In this document: piece after piece, positions 1 through 7,488 of the stretch
Position numbering within the stretch: position 1 is the stretch's first letter
How the letters are laid out: every line of letters starts with the position of its first letter
DNA from: a virus
Lineage: Duplodnaviria > Heunggongvirae > Uroviricota > Caudoviricetes
Strand: one strand, 5' to 3'
IMG/VR virus record: IMGVR_UViG_2645727991_000004
Span: 1 to 12,398 of that record
Length of the DNA: 12,398 bases
The notes under the pieces: generated by a model
Databases searched by the model: none
Told to the model about the DNA's origin: nothing
Seen by the model: the letters and a program-made list of their open reading frames with translations, nothing else
Translations under genes and position numbers: made by a program

Positions 1-217
1 CACCGGGATGACTGTGGACCAGTGCCACAATCTCCCCCTGCATCTCTGCCCGCAGCCAGTCTTCCGGTGCAATACGAAAATACGCCTCCGGCTCTGCAGA
101 GATATTCACACAAGGGATATACCGCTCCCCCTCCGGCGTTCTCACCACGAAGCCGCACGACTCCGCAGGCACACACCGCCGGGCATGCGCCAGAATCGCT
201 GATTCTGTCTGTGTCAT
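1..217 (-). CDS. K: Tail assembly protein K (lambda gpK family), N-terminal part only; the C-terminus runs off the left edge of the window
   Basis: Manual reverse-complement translation from ATG at 217..215 gives MTQTESAILAHARRCVPAESCGFVVRTPEGERYIPCVNISAEPEAYFRIAPEDWLRAEMQGEIVALVHSHPG. This matches the lambda gpK N-terminus as I recall it, including the JAMM/MPN-type HSHPG motif. It lies 5 nt downstream of the L stop, in lambda gene order. Confidence 0.85.
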   Translation of the reverse strand, partial: MTQTESAILAHARRCVPAESCGFVVRTPEGERYIPCVNISAEPEAYFRIAPEDWLRAEMQGEIVALVHSHPG

Positions 218-222
218 TGGAT

Positions 223-921
223 TTACTGCGAAAGTTTGTTAATGGAAAGGAAACCGCCAAAATTAGCCACCATGCCGCGCATCTCACACCCGCGCATGCA
301 CTTGCTGCATCTGTCCTTACGGATATCGGTGGTGGGTTTATCGAACTCATCCGCCACCGCAGGACCGTTATACCCGCATTCATCTCCCCGGTAATCCCAC
401 ATACAGGTGTTCGCCAGCATGATGCGACCGGGAAACAGCGCCCCATCCGTCTCGGTCGGTGTAGCCAGCACAAACGAGGCCGTCATGGCTGTCAGCTCTG
501 ACATCTGCTCCACCACCCAGCGGTCGCTCAGCTCCTGCTCCGGGTCCGCTTCCGGATTGCCCGCCACAAAATTCACCGCATCCAGAAAACGGGCATACAC
601 CCGGCGGCGGACCACCGTGGCCCCCACCAGGCTCTGCAGGTCCTCCGCCATTCCGGTGACCAGACCGAACAGATTCGACACCGTCAGCGACGGGCGGGCA
701 CTGCTGCCCTTCCCGTTCATCTCAAAGCCACTGCCGTCAATCGGGTATGCCTCATACTTACGCCCCTGCCAGGTGACCGGCTCCCCTTTTTCATTCAGCT
801 CATTACAGAAAAAATACCGCTCACCACCCTGTACCGTCAGGTCGATTTCCCAGAGTACCACCCGCGGTGACTGCTCTGACTTAACCGACTCGTTCAGACT
901 TTCTTCGCGAATATCCTGCAT
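223..921 (-). CDS. L: Minor tail protein L (lambda gpL family)
   Basis: 232-aa ORF. The translation (MQDIREESLNE...WQGRKYEAYPIDGSGFEMNGKG...GRIMLANTCMWDYRGDECGYNGPAVADE...FGGFLSINKLSQ) is colinear with, and closely resembles, lambda gpL (same length) as recalled. Its start overlaps the M stop (TGATG). Confidence 0.9.
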   Translation of the reverse strand: MQDIREESLNESVKSEQSPRVVLWEIDLTVQGGERYFFCNELNEKGEPVTWQGRKYEAYPIDGSGFEMNGKGSSARPSLTVSNLFGLVTGMAEDLQSLVGATVVRRRVYARFLDAVNFVAGNPEADPEQELSDRWVVEQMSELTAMTASFVLATPTETDGALFPGRIMLANTCMWDYRGDECGYNGPAVADEFDKPTTDIRKDRCSKCMRGCEMRGMVANFGGFLSINKLSQ

Positions 922-1262
922 CAGTTCACCACCTGCTCAATCGTACAACTGAAATCACTGTACCTGGCGTTATCTGTGACGCTCCACTCCCGGCACACCA
1001 CCCTCACCGTCCGGTTATGTTTCGGCGGTCGCCACAAAAAGGCACGGTAACCACCATGCCAGGATAAAAATTCATCCAGCCAGCGCCGGGTTGGTTCATC
1101 CGTCACCCGGAACACCGCCTGAAACGTCTTCAGTCTGGCATTAAGTCCCGTCGGTCGGCGCTGTTCATAACCGTCACCAAACCGAACCCTCACCACCGAC
1201 GGTTTCTCACTCACCTGCATCCCTTCACGCGGGACCAGATGCAGCGTTTTTATCTCAGCCAC
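921..1262 (-). CDS. M: Minor tail protein M (lambda gpM family)
   Basis: 113-aa ORF with VRFGDGYEQRRPTGLNARLKT ... FLW.PP ... EQVVN, recognisably related to lambda gpM. Its start overlaps the tape measure stop by 8 nt; position between H and L as in lambda. Confidence 0.75.
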   Translation of the reverse strand: MAEIKTLHLVPREGMQVSEKPSVVRVRFGDGYEQRRPTGLNARLKTFQAVFRVTDEPTRRWLDEFLSWHGGYRAFLWRPPKHNRTVRVVCREWSVTDNARYSDFSCTIEQVVN

Positions 1263-4200
1263 TCAGCATTCCTCCGTCACGTCGCATGGACAGCATCACC
1301 GCCTGCACCCGCTGGTCAATCAGCTGCACAAGACTGCCTGCCGCCTCCGCCCCTATCTGTCCGTTAGCCCCGTCATTCTGAATGGCGATGTGGTAGACCG
1401 GGGAATACACCAGACCGGCACTGCCGTTCATACTGCCCACCGCGCGTACGCCCAGCGAGCCATCCGCCGCCCGGGTCAGGGGCATAATGGCTTCAGGTCC
1501 GGCTTCCCCCATCAGCCCGGCCCCTTTTGCAAACGCAAAGTACGTGGGCGTGTCCACAATGCTGTTGCTGTACGCACTCAGGTTTGCCGAGGTATACACG
1601 CCGCCTTTTGCATTGGCCACCGCACCGCCCAGCCAGTCACCAATGCTGCCAATAAATCCTCCCGCACCGGACATACCGTTTGCCGCCGTCTTAATTCCGT
1701 TGACAATCGCGGCATTCATAAGAACTTTTGAGATTTCCTGCAGTACGGATGAGGCCCAGTTGCGCCATTCCACTTTGTTTCCGTTCAGCATCTCCGTGAT
1801 GTTATTCACCATCCCTGAGATACCCTCCGTCGCAAGCTGTGCTGCCTGTGAAGCGTAATCGGATGCATTGTCCACCCAGTTACTGAGCCCCTCCTGCAAG
1901 CCTTTCTGCCAGTCCGCACGCTGCGCATCCGATTCGGCATAAAAGGCTGCCTGGTCCTTAAGGCGTTCGCTCAGATACTGCGCGTTCTGTGCCCGTGCCT
2001 GTCTGTAAAAATCCTCACTGATATCCCCGGTCTGATACTGAGACTGAAGGTCCGCATCCTTCTGGCGGAAGCTGTCGCGGATCTGCTGCAACTCCCGCAT
2101 GCGTTCCCTGGCTCGTTCTCCCTGCCCGTATCCCAGCAGTTCGGCTTCATTTGATGCACGCGCAGCCACATTATCATTCTTCAGGGTCTCTTCCCGGGAT
2201 CGCAACTGTTCCCGGATTTTTTGCTGGTCAATCAGGGCCGCGTTACGCAGCAGTTCCTGCTTCTGCATCTCCGTCAGGGTTTTCAGTTCGCCCTGCGCAG
2301 TCTGGTACTTCAGCTTCGCCAGCTCTGTATTCTGACCCGCCAGTGCCAGTTGCTCTTTCTGCTGCTTCAGTAGCCGGGAAAAACTGTCTTCCGCTTTTTC
2401 CGTCTCTGATTTTCCACCCCGGGATTTAGGTTTGTTCGCCTCGTTATTACGCCAGGCTTCCAGAGCATTACTGATATAACGCTGTCTCGCCTCCTGATAC
2501 GAATCCCCCACAAAACCAAGGTCATCCGCCGCATACCCCAGCCGGGCACGCTCTTTTTCCTCCCCCTTCAGTCGGGACAGGGCCAGCTCACGTTCTGTTT
2601 TTGTCAGGGCGCTCTGCTGTTTATCATCCAGGGTGGCCTGCGGCAGCCGTAACGGTACATTCACCAGTCCCTGACGCTGCTGAAGCAGTTCATTCCCCAG
2701 CCCCAGCAGACGGTTGAATTCCGTATGCTGACCGTTCATAACCAGCATGGACTGGTACACCTTATTCTGCTCTGCCGCCTGCTGACGAATTAACGCCACA
2801 CGACGGTCTTCCAGCCCGGCAAGCACATCCTGAATGGACTGCACTTTTTCCTGCATCTGTGCCAGACGGGACTGCTCAACGGCAAGCTGCTCTGTTGCCT
2901 GAGAAAGCCCTTCCGTCACGGTCTTCACCGATGTCAGATGGTTTATCATGAATCCGTCACCGGTTGTCCAGCCAGGGTTAGCCAGAACATACTGATATCC
3001 AGCGATTTTTTCCTGCAGGGATTTCACCCGGCTGGCCTGTTCATCAATCAGCCGGTTCTGCTCTGCCAGCGCCGCCCGTGTTCGTCCTTCATTATCTGAG
3101 GCTTCAGGCAAAGACATTGACGGCGTTTTATGCGCGATTTCATCTATCGTCAGTGCATACTGGCGCGCTGACTCCCTGGCCTGCTCCTGATTCTGGTACA
3201 GCGTATACCATGCTGCTGCCCCCAGCATCACCAGTCCGGGTACGCCACCAACCAGTCCCAACGCACCAGTCATCAGACGTGAGCCCACCGCCGTTGTACT
3301 GTTCAGCTCATTCTGGGCTGCGGTTCTGGCAGCAATATTTCTGTTCAGGCGTTCCTGTGTGGCCGCCAGACGGGCTTCTGCAGCAATCTGCATCTCCGTC
3401 CCGCGGGCTGCCGCCACAGCCTGCTGTGCACGGTACACGGCTGCCCTTGCCCGCGCCGTGGCAATCTGCGTCCCCCTGAGCTGTGCTTCCGCCAGTGCCA
3501 CTTCATTACGTGCTGCCGTCACAAGTCCTGCCGTGGCAGACACCGCTCCGGAGGCCATATTGCCAAAGTACCGGGCAACCCCGACGGCAACCAGCGCCCC
3601 CGCGGCTGTTGCCACATTATCAATATTACCGGCAACACCGTTCAGCACGCCGGAGAGCGTTTTCGTCGCTCCGCTGGCTTCATTCGCGCCACCCACCCAG
3701 GCCATAAAGGCGTTTTCCACCTTTGTGATCCCGTCAGAGACCGTTTCCGGCATGGCGGCATATTCATCACGCAATACCCCCAGCTGGCTGATTAACGCAG
3801 GAACGACTTTATCCGCCGTCAGTTTGCCGTCGTCCGCCATCGCCTTAAGGTCTTTACGGGCCACGCCCATACCCGCAGCCAGTGCACGTATGATCCGGTC
3901 TCCGCTTTCATTGACCGAATTAAATTCCTCACCCCGTAACACACCCTGTGCCAGCGCCTGGCTGAACTGGGTGATCACCGAGCCCGCCTCTGCCGTACTG
4001 GCACCGGATATTTTCAGCCCTGTCGAAATGGCCTCCGTCACCTTCAGTACATCACCGGCACTGTAACCATATTCACGCATTGAGGCAGCCGAACGGGCAA
4101 ACAGGGCCGCATTATCTGAAAATGCCGTGCCCGTCCGCTGGCTGATATCCATCAGCACTTTCTGTGATGACGAAAATTCATCGAATGACTGCGACGCCTG

Positions 4201-4497
4201 TTTCAGTCGGGCATTCACGGAACTCCATTCATCGGCCAGAGAAATCAGGTGTCCGGTGGCAAAGGCACCGGCAAATGCGCCAGCCATTCCGACAGCAGAA
4301 CCGCGAATTTCCGTCAACTGGCTGTTCAGCTCAGCCAGGGCACGTCGCTGCTCCCGGGCTGCCGCAGCGGCCTGACGCCCGCCATTCTGCAGGGTCCAGT
4401 AATATTCACTGCCCATACGGGACGCCCGCTGGATCTCCGACTGGAATGACTGTGAATTTGCCGAAATTTTGATAATCAGTTCACGTAACGTCGCCAT
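1255..4497 (-). CDS. Tail tape measure protein (lambda gpH-like at the C-terminal end)
   Basis: 1080-aa ORF, Ala/Gln/Glu/Arg-rich with long predicted helical segments and a Gly-rich hydrophobic stretch. The C-terminal region (AYSNSIVDTPTYFAFAKGAGLMGEAGPEAIMPL...NDGANGQIG...RRDGGMLSG) resembles the lambda gpH C-terminus as recalled. Sits immediately after the G/GT chaperone pair; start ATG 4497 is preceded by GGAGAAAGG. Confidence 0.85.
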   Translation of the reverse strand: MATLRELIIKISANSQSFQSEIQRASRMGSEYYWTLQNGGRQAAAAAREQRRALAELNSQLTEIRGSAVGMAGAFAGAFATGHLISLADEWSSVNARLKQASQSFDEFSSSQKVLMDISQRTGTAFSDNAALFARSAASMREYGYSAGDVLKVTEAISTGLKISGASTAEAGSVITQFSQALAQGVLRGEEFNSVNESGDRIIRALAAGMGVARKDLKAMADDGKLTADKVVPALISQLGVLRDEYAAMPETVSDGITKVENAFMAWVGGANEASGATKTLSGVLNGVAGNIDNVATAAGALVAVGVARYFGNMASGAVSATAGLVTAARNEVALAEAQLRGTQIATARARAAVYRAQQAVAAARGTEMQIAAEARLAATQERLNRNIAARTAAQNELNSTTAVGSRLMTGALGLVGGVPGLVMLGAAAWYTLYQNQEQARESARQYALTIDEIAHKTPSMSLPEASDNEGRTRAALAEQNRLIDEQASRVKSLQEKIAGYQYVLANPGWTTGDGFMINHLTSVKTVTEGLSQATEQLAVEQSRLAQMQEKVQSIQDVLAGLEDRRVALIRQQAAEQNKVYQSMLVMNGQHTEFNRLLGLGNELLQQRQGLVNVPLRLPQATLDDKQQSALTKTERELALSRLKGEEKERARLGYAADDLGFVGDSYQEARQRYISNALEAWRNNEANKPKSRGGKSETEKAEDSFSRLLKQQKEQLALAGQNTELAKLKYQTAQGELKTLTEMQKQELLRNAALIDQQKIREQLRSREETLKNDNVAARASNEAELLGYGQGERARERMRELQQIRDSFRQKDADLQSQYQTGDISEDFYRQARAQNAQYLSERLKDQAAFYAESDAQRADWQKGLQEGLSNWVDNASDYASQAAQLATEGISGMVNNITEMLNGNKVEWRNWASSVLQEISKVLMNAAIVNGIKTAANGMSGAGGFIGSIGDWLGGAVANAKGGVYTSANLSAYSNSIVDTPTYFAFAKGAGLMGEAGPEAIMPLTRAADGSLGVRAVGSMNGSAGLVYSPVYHIAIQNDGANGQIGAEAAGSLVQLIDQRVQAVMLSMRRDGGMLSG

Positions 4498-4512
4498 TCA
4501 CCTTTCTCCGGG

Positions 4513-4540
4513 CAAAAAAAACCTGCCACAGCAGGTTTTC
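4513..4540 (-). terminator. Intrinsic-terminator-like hairpin plus U-tract on the minus strand, between the T stop and the tape measure SD
   Basis: Minus-strand RNA reads acctgc-tgtg-gcaggt (6-bp stem, 4-nt loop; plus 4521..4536) followed by 7-8 U (plus A-run 4514..4521), then GGAGAAAGG and ATG 4497. The plus-strand version has only 3-4 U after the stem. Confidence 0.5.
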
Positions 4541-4548
4541 ATCATTAT

Positions 4549-5228
4549 TTATGACATTGCTGCAAAGCTCAGCGCGTCTTCCAGCGCCGCAAACGGATCC
4601 ACCTCCGGCTTATCCTCATCCTCGCCCCAGCAGAGCATGGCGTCCTTCAGTGCAACATTCATCCCCTGTGCCCCGAAAACCGCTTTCACGATCTGTGCAT
4701 TACGGATATCCCCGCGCTCATCACCCAGCGGGGATACCCTGTCGAACTCCATCCACATCATCGCCTCGCTCGCACTCAGGCTGTGCCGCAGTTCGGATAA
4801 GGTGCGCCCCAGACGGAGCGCAAGTCGCATCAGAAAGCGAATTTCCGGGCGGGCTACTTTTTTCTGGCCGACTCTGCATCAGCGATCAGTTCCAGTGCCT
4901 GACGCAGCAACCGGGCATGTACCGGACCATAGACGGCCAGCACCTGCTCACGGTCGTCCGGAGTGAACACCCGTTGCAGGTCAGTATCACACAGGACATC
5001 GCAGAACAGCGTCACATCCGCTTCCAGGTTACGGCGGGTTTTCGCCACCACCGACAGGGTATCGTCATCCTCTCCATCACCATTGAGCACTTCCTGCCAC
5101 AGATACCAGGCCTCTGCCGAAGGCTCCCGCAGCACCACGCTGACATTTCTCCATTCTGGCACCTTCACCGTTTTATGACGGAACCCCGACAGTCTGGCCA
5201 GCGCCAGTGTTTTCAGATCTTTTGCCAT
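4549..5228 (-). CDS. Tail assembly chaperone G-T fusion made by a programmed -1 ribosomal frameshift (gpGT-like)
   Basis: The G frame (codon phase 2 mod 3) ends at TAG 4856..4854. The ORF at 4549..4830 is in the phase reached by a -1 slip. Hand translation in that phase from the slippery run is open (KKVARPEIRFL-MRLALRLGR...), giving a continuous G-T product. This is the conserved chaperone position upstream of the tape measure gene. Confidence 0.7.
4854..5228 (-). CDS. Tail assembly chaperone G (gpG-like; not lambda G by sequence)
   Basis: 124-aa acidic ORF (EDDDTLSV, DDREQ) starting 6 nt after the tail tube stop and ending ...DAESARKK* inside a slippery AGAAAAAAG. The size, acidity and position immediately upstream of the tape measure gene fit a gpG-type chaperone. 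Confidence 0.75.
   Translation of the reverse strand: MAKDLKTLALARLSGFRHKTVKVPEWRNVSVVLREPSAEAWYLWQEVLNGDGEDDDTLSVVAKTRRNLEADVTLFCDVLCDTDLQRVFTPDDREQVLAVYGPVHARLLRQALELIADAESARKK
4857..4865 (-). other. Slippery sequence for the G/G-T programmed -1 frameshift (A AAA AAG)
   Basis: Plus 4857..4865 cttttttct is AGAAAAAAG on the minus strand, overlapping the last codons of G (R K K stop). The -1 frame is open downstream into the 4549..4830 ORF. Confidence 0.65.
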
Positions 5229-5233
5229 AAGCC

Positions 5234-5950
5234 TTATCCGCCCGCACCATTAACCGTTACTGTACACGCATCAGAGGTAATGCTCTGCGGCTGTTCTGCA
5301 GAATCCGTTACCTCGCAGGTATAAGCCCCCTTATCACCTGACTGCGTATTGGCTTTACTGAAAGTGTCAGTAGTCTGTCCCTCTACCGGCTGACCATCCT
5401 TCTTCCAGGCGTGTTTATAAGGCGGCGTTCCCCCGTTGACACTGACTGACATTGTCAGCAGCGCACCGGTATTCATGGTAAGTGTCTTCTCCAGATTTTT
5501 TACAAACGCCAGCGGTACCACATAGGACACCGGTTTACCCTTCAGGCGAAGTGAAAACGTTGCAGCCACCACGCCGTTGGTACCGGATGACCAGGTGTGC
5601 TGACGCACTTCCGCCAGGAACTTAAAGCCCTTACCGGACGGAAACTGCACCTTAAACGCATACACCGTGTCATTGTCATAGGCATCACGCAGGGCGTTCT
5701 GGGCCTGATTCAGATAAAAATTACCCGACATGGAAATCTCAGACGACGCCCCCAGACCGTTGATGTTCTCCTGCTCTGTGGAGCAGAGCGTGGTCACATC
5801 AATATCCTGTTTCTGACCGGCGGTGAACTGGACTTCCTTGATGGTGCAGTCCAGGCGCAGATATTCCGCCTTATCCATAGTTTCAGCAGTCGCCGGGGCA
5901 GATGAAATCATCACCTGCGTCAGCTGTGAGCGTTCATACAAAGCAGACAT
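5234..5950 (-). CDS. Major tail (tube) protein with a C-terminal Ig-like domain
   Basis: 238-aa ORF. The N-terminal ~150 aa are tail-tube-like. The C-terminal ~80 aa (SVSVNGGTPPYKHAWKKDGQPVEGQ...GAYTCEVTDSAEQPQSITSDACTVTVN) show an immunoglobulin-like pattern (W..DG ... Y.C.V ... V.V). A consensus AGGAGG sits 5 nt upstream of ATG 5950. Position directly upstream of G/GT. Confidence 0.8.
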   Translation of the reverse strand: MSALYERSQLTQVMISSAPATAETMDKAEYLRLDCTIKEVQFTAGQKQDIDVTTLCSTEQENINGLGASSEISMSGNFYLNQAQNALRDAYDNDTVYAFKVQFPSGKGFKFLAEVRQHTWSSGTNGVVAATFSLRLKGKPVSYVVPLAFVKNLEKTLTMNTGALLTMSVSVNGGTPPYKHAWKKDGQPVEGQTTDTFSKANTQSGDKGAYTCEVTDSAEQPQSITSDACTVTVNGAGG

Positions 5951-5963
5951 TCTGCCTCCTGAT

Positions 5964-5988
5964 AATAAAAAACCCGCACGCGGCGGGG
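5964..5988 (-). terminator. Intrinsic-terminator-like hairpin plus U-tract on the minus strand, directly upstream of the tail tube gene SD
   Basis: Minus-strand RNA has a GC-rich stem cccgc/gcggg (plus 5973..5977 paired with 5983..5987, 5-nt loop) followed by UUUUUUAUUAUC, then AGGAGG and ATG 5950. Confidence 0.5.
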
Positions 5989-6016
5989 TATGGGTTTTGT
6001 AGAAAAAAAGAAAAAG

Positions 6017-6361
6017 TCACACCGTGACCTGAAACTCCAGGGTTGCACGGTAACAGCGGTTTTCCGGAATATAGTCCTGCATTTCACTGACGGATCCCGG
6101 GGCCAGCAGCATTATGGCTTCACGGGCGTCCTGACGTATCTGACGCGCCTGCGTCACAGTCCCGGCATAAACGTCTATCTGCACCGACACTGAGGACTCC
6201 GCCTGCCCGCCCATCACGTCCGCCGACACCGATGAAATCAGGCTGAAAACCACCCACGGAAGCGCCACCGACGGCCTGCCATCCAGCAGGGGGACCACAT
6301 ACGGGTACACCTGCCCGCCGGCAAGATGCGCCAGATAAGGATACAAATCCACCTCCGTCAT
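6017..6361 (-). CDS. Small tail-proximal protein, probably tail completion/terminator (DUF3168-like or gpU-like)
   Basis: 114-aa ORF, start overlapping the stop of the upstream gene, in the slot just before the major tail protein gene where a tail terminator/completion protein normally sits. Assignment is by position and size; sequence resemblance is weak. Confidence 0.5.
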   Translation of the reverse strand: MTEVDLYPYLAHLAGGQVYPYVVPLLDGRPSVALPWVVFSLISSVSADVMGGQAESSVSVQIDVYAGTVTQARQIRQDAREAIMLLAPGSVSEMQDYIPENRCYRATLEFQVTV

Positions 6362-6804
6362 CGTCTCAGTACCTCATCAATGGCCCGGTTCATCCGCGCA
6401 ATCGCCACCTGAGCTGCCTGTTCACTGCGCACATCAAACGCCGGGCGCACAAACGGGTGCGGTGGCATATTCACGGTCCCCATTTCCACAAACCGCCAGT
6501 AGAAAGCATTGCGCGGGTTATCCGCCTTCATGGTGTTATCGCTGTTACCGGTGTCCGGATTAACACCACGGATATGGACACCGGATTCCATCCCGCCATC
6601 GCGGGAGCGCCGGGAAAGGACCACCACATTGCGGCGCAGTTTTCCCCTGCGTACCGGTGCCCGTGACACCACTTCTTCTTTCAGCACATTCGCACCCGCA
6701 CGGGTTGCCTCACGCAGCACCCGGTTATTTTCCGCACCACTCAGAAGCTGCAAATCGCGGCTGATGTCCTCCAGCCCCGAAAAATCCAGCAGGGTTTCGA
6801 TCAT
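6358..6804 (-). CDS. HK97 gp10-like neck / tail-component protein
   Basis: 148-aa ORF in the conserved four-gene head-tail joining block, with overlapping start and stop. Composition and length are typical of the HK97 gp10 family (recalled, not searched). Confidence 0.55.
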   Translation of the reverse strand: MIETLLDFSGLEDISRDLQLLSGAENNRVLREATRAGANVLKEEVVSRAPVRRGKLRRNVVVLSRRSRDGGMESGVHIRGVNPDTGNSDNTMKADNPRNAFYWRFVEMGTVNMPPHPFVRPAFDVRSEQAAQVAIARMNRAIDEVLRR

Positions 6805-7151
6805 TTTTCCCCTCCCAGCCGACAGAGAATTTCCAGACGCCCGCCGGTCGCATCCGGCACGGGCAGCCCGACAACGTTCAGGATCCGGTCACGCCATGGA
6901 CCACTCAGCACATGAAGTCGTGACGCTGCCGTGATTTCCCGGCCGGACTGACCGCGCACCCAGATGCGGATTTCCGCCTGCGCCATTTCCGCACCGGACT
7001 GCATCCGCTCCCGGCTGCTCCTGCCACGGATATCCGCATGAATTTTCCCGCATGACACCCATTCTTCCGTCATTTCTCCGGCAGCATTACGGGTTAACAC
7101 CGGCTTCAGAACACTTATCATCTGTGTCAGACGACCTGCAGATATTGCCAT
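6801..7151 (-). CDS. Head-tail adaptor / head closure protein (SPP1 gp16-like)
   Basis: 116-aa ORF (MAISAGRLTQMISVLKPV...EEWVSCGKIHADIRGRSSRE...AEIRIWVR) with the pattern I associate with phage head-tail joining (head closure) proteins. SD GAGGGAGGA upstream of ATG 7151. Confidence 0.65.
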   Translation of the reverse strand: MAISAGRLTQMISVLKPVLTRNAAGEMTEEWVSCGKIHADIRGRSSRERMQSGAEMAQAEIRIWVRGQSGREITAASRLHVLSGPWRDRILNVVGLPVPDATGGRLEILCRLGGEK

Positions 7152-7161
7152 TCCTCCCTCC

Positions 7162-7488
7162 TCATAACACCGTCGGACAACGCAAATCGTAAATCAGCAC
7201 GGACACAGAAAACGGCAGTTCCCCCTGCACGAGGTCTTCCCGCTCAGCAAGATCCGGATTCCGGTACAGCATCCCGGTCAGTCGCATGGCAGCCCCCTTC
7301 ATCCGGGTTAATGCCTCGCCCGGGATCAGCTCACCGTCCTCACTAATCACTTTATCCCGGCTGCCCTGAATGTAGGCCAGCAGCACGGCGGTAGCCTGAC
7401 GAACCTTGTCCATCAGCATGTCATCATCCGCGTCATGGTCAACACGCAGATGTGCCTTGATCTCTTCCAGTGTCAGTAATGCCGTCAT
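7162..7488 (-). CDS. Head-tail connector protein (gp6-like)
   Basis: 108-aa ORF with N-terminus TLEEIKAHLRVDHDADDDMLMDKVRQATAVLLAYIQG, typical of gp6-like connector proteins. Its start overlaps the stop of the upstream repeat-protein gene (ATGA). Confidence 0.65.
   Translation of the reverse strand: MTALLTLEEIKAHLRVDHDADDDMLMDKVRQATAVLLAYIQGSRDKVISEDGELIPGEALTRMKGAAMRLTGMLYRNPDLAEREDLVQGELPFSVSVLIYDLRCPTVL

Noticed and set aside
4498-4548. Hairpin at 4521..4536 as a plus-strand terminator for a convergent gene
   Set aside because: No credible plus-strand gene converges on it, and the U-tract is much stronger in the minus-strand orientation (7-8 U versus 3-4 U).
22-5324. Other long plus-strand ORFs (22..501, 407..952, 3359..4066, 4469..4966, 4551..5324 and others)
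   Set aside because: All are embedded antisense in well-supported minus-strand tail genes (K, L, tape measure, G/T). They are Pro/Arg/Ser/Ala-rich as expected for shadows of GC-rich coding DNA, with no coupling or SD signals.
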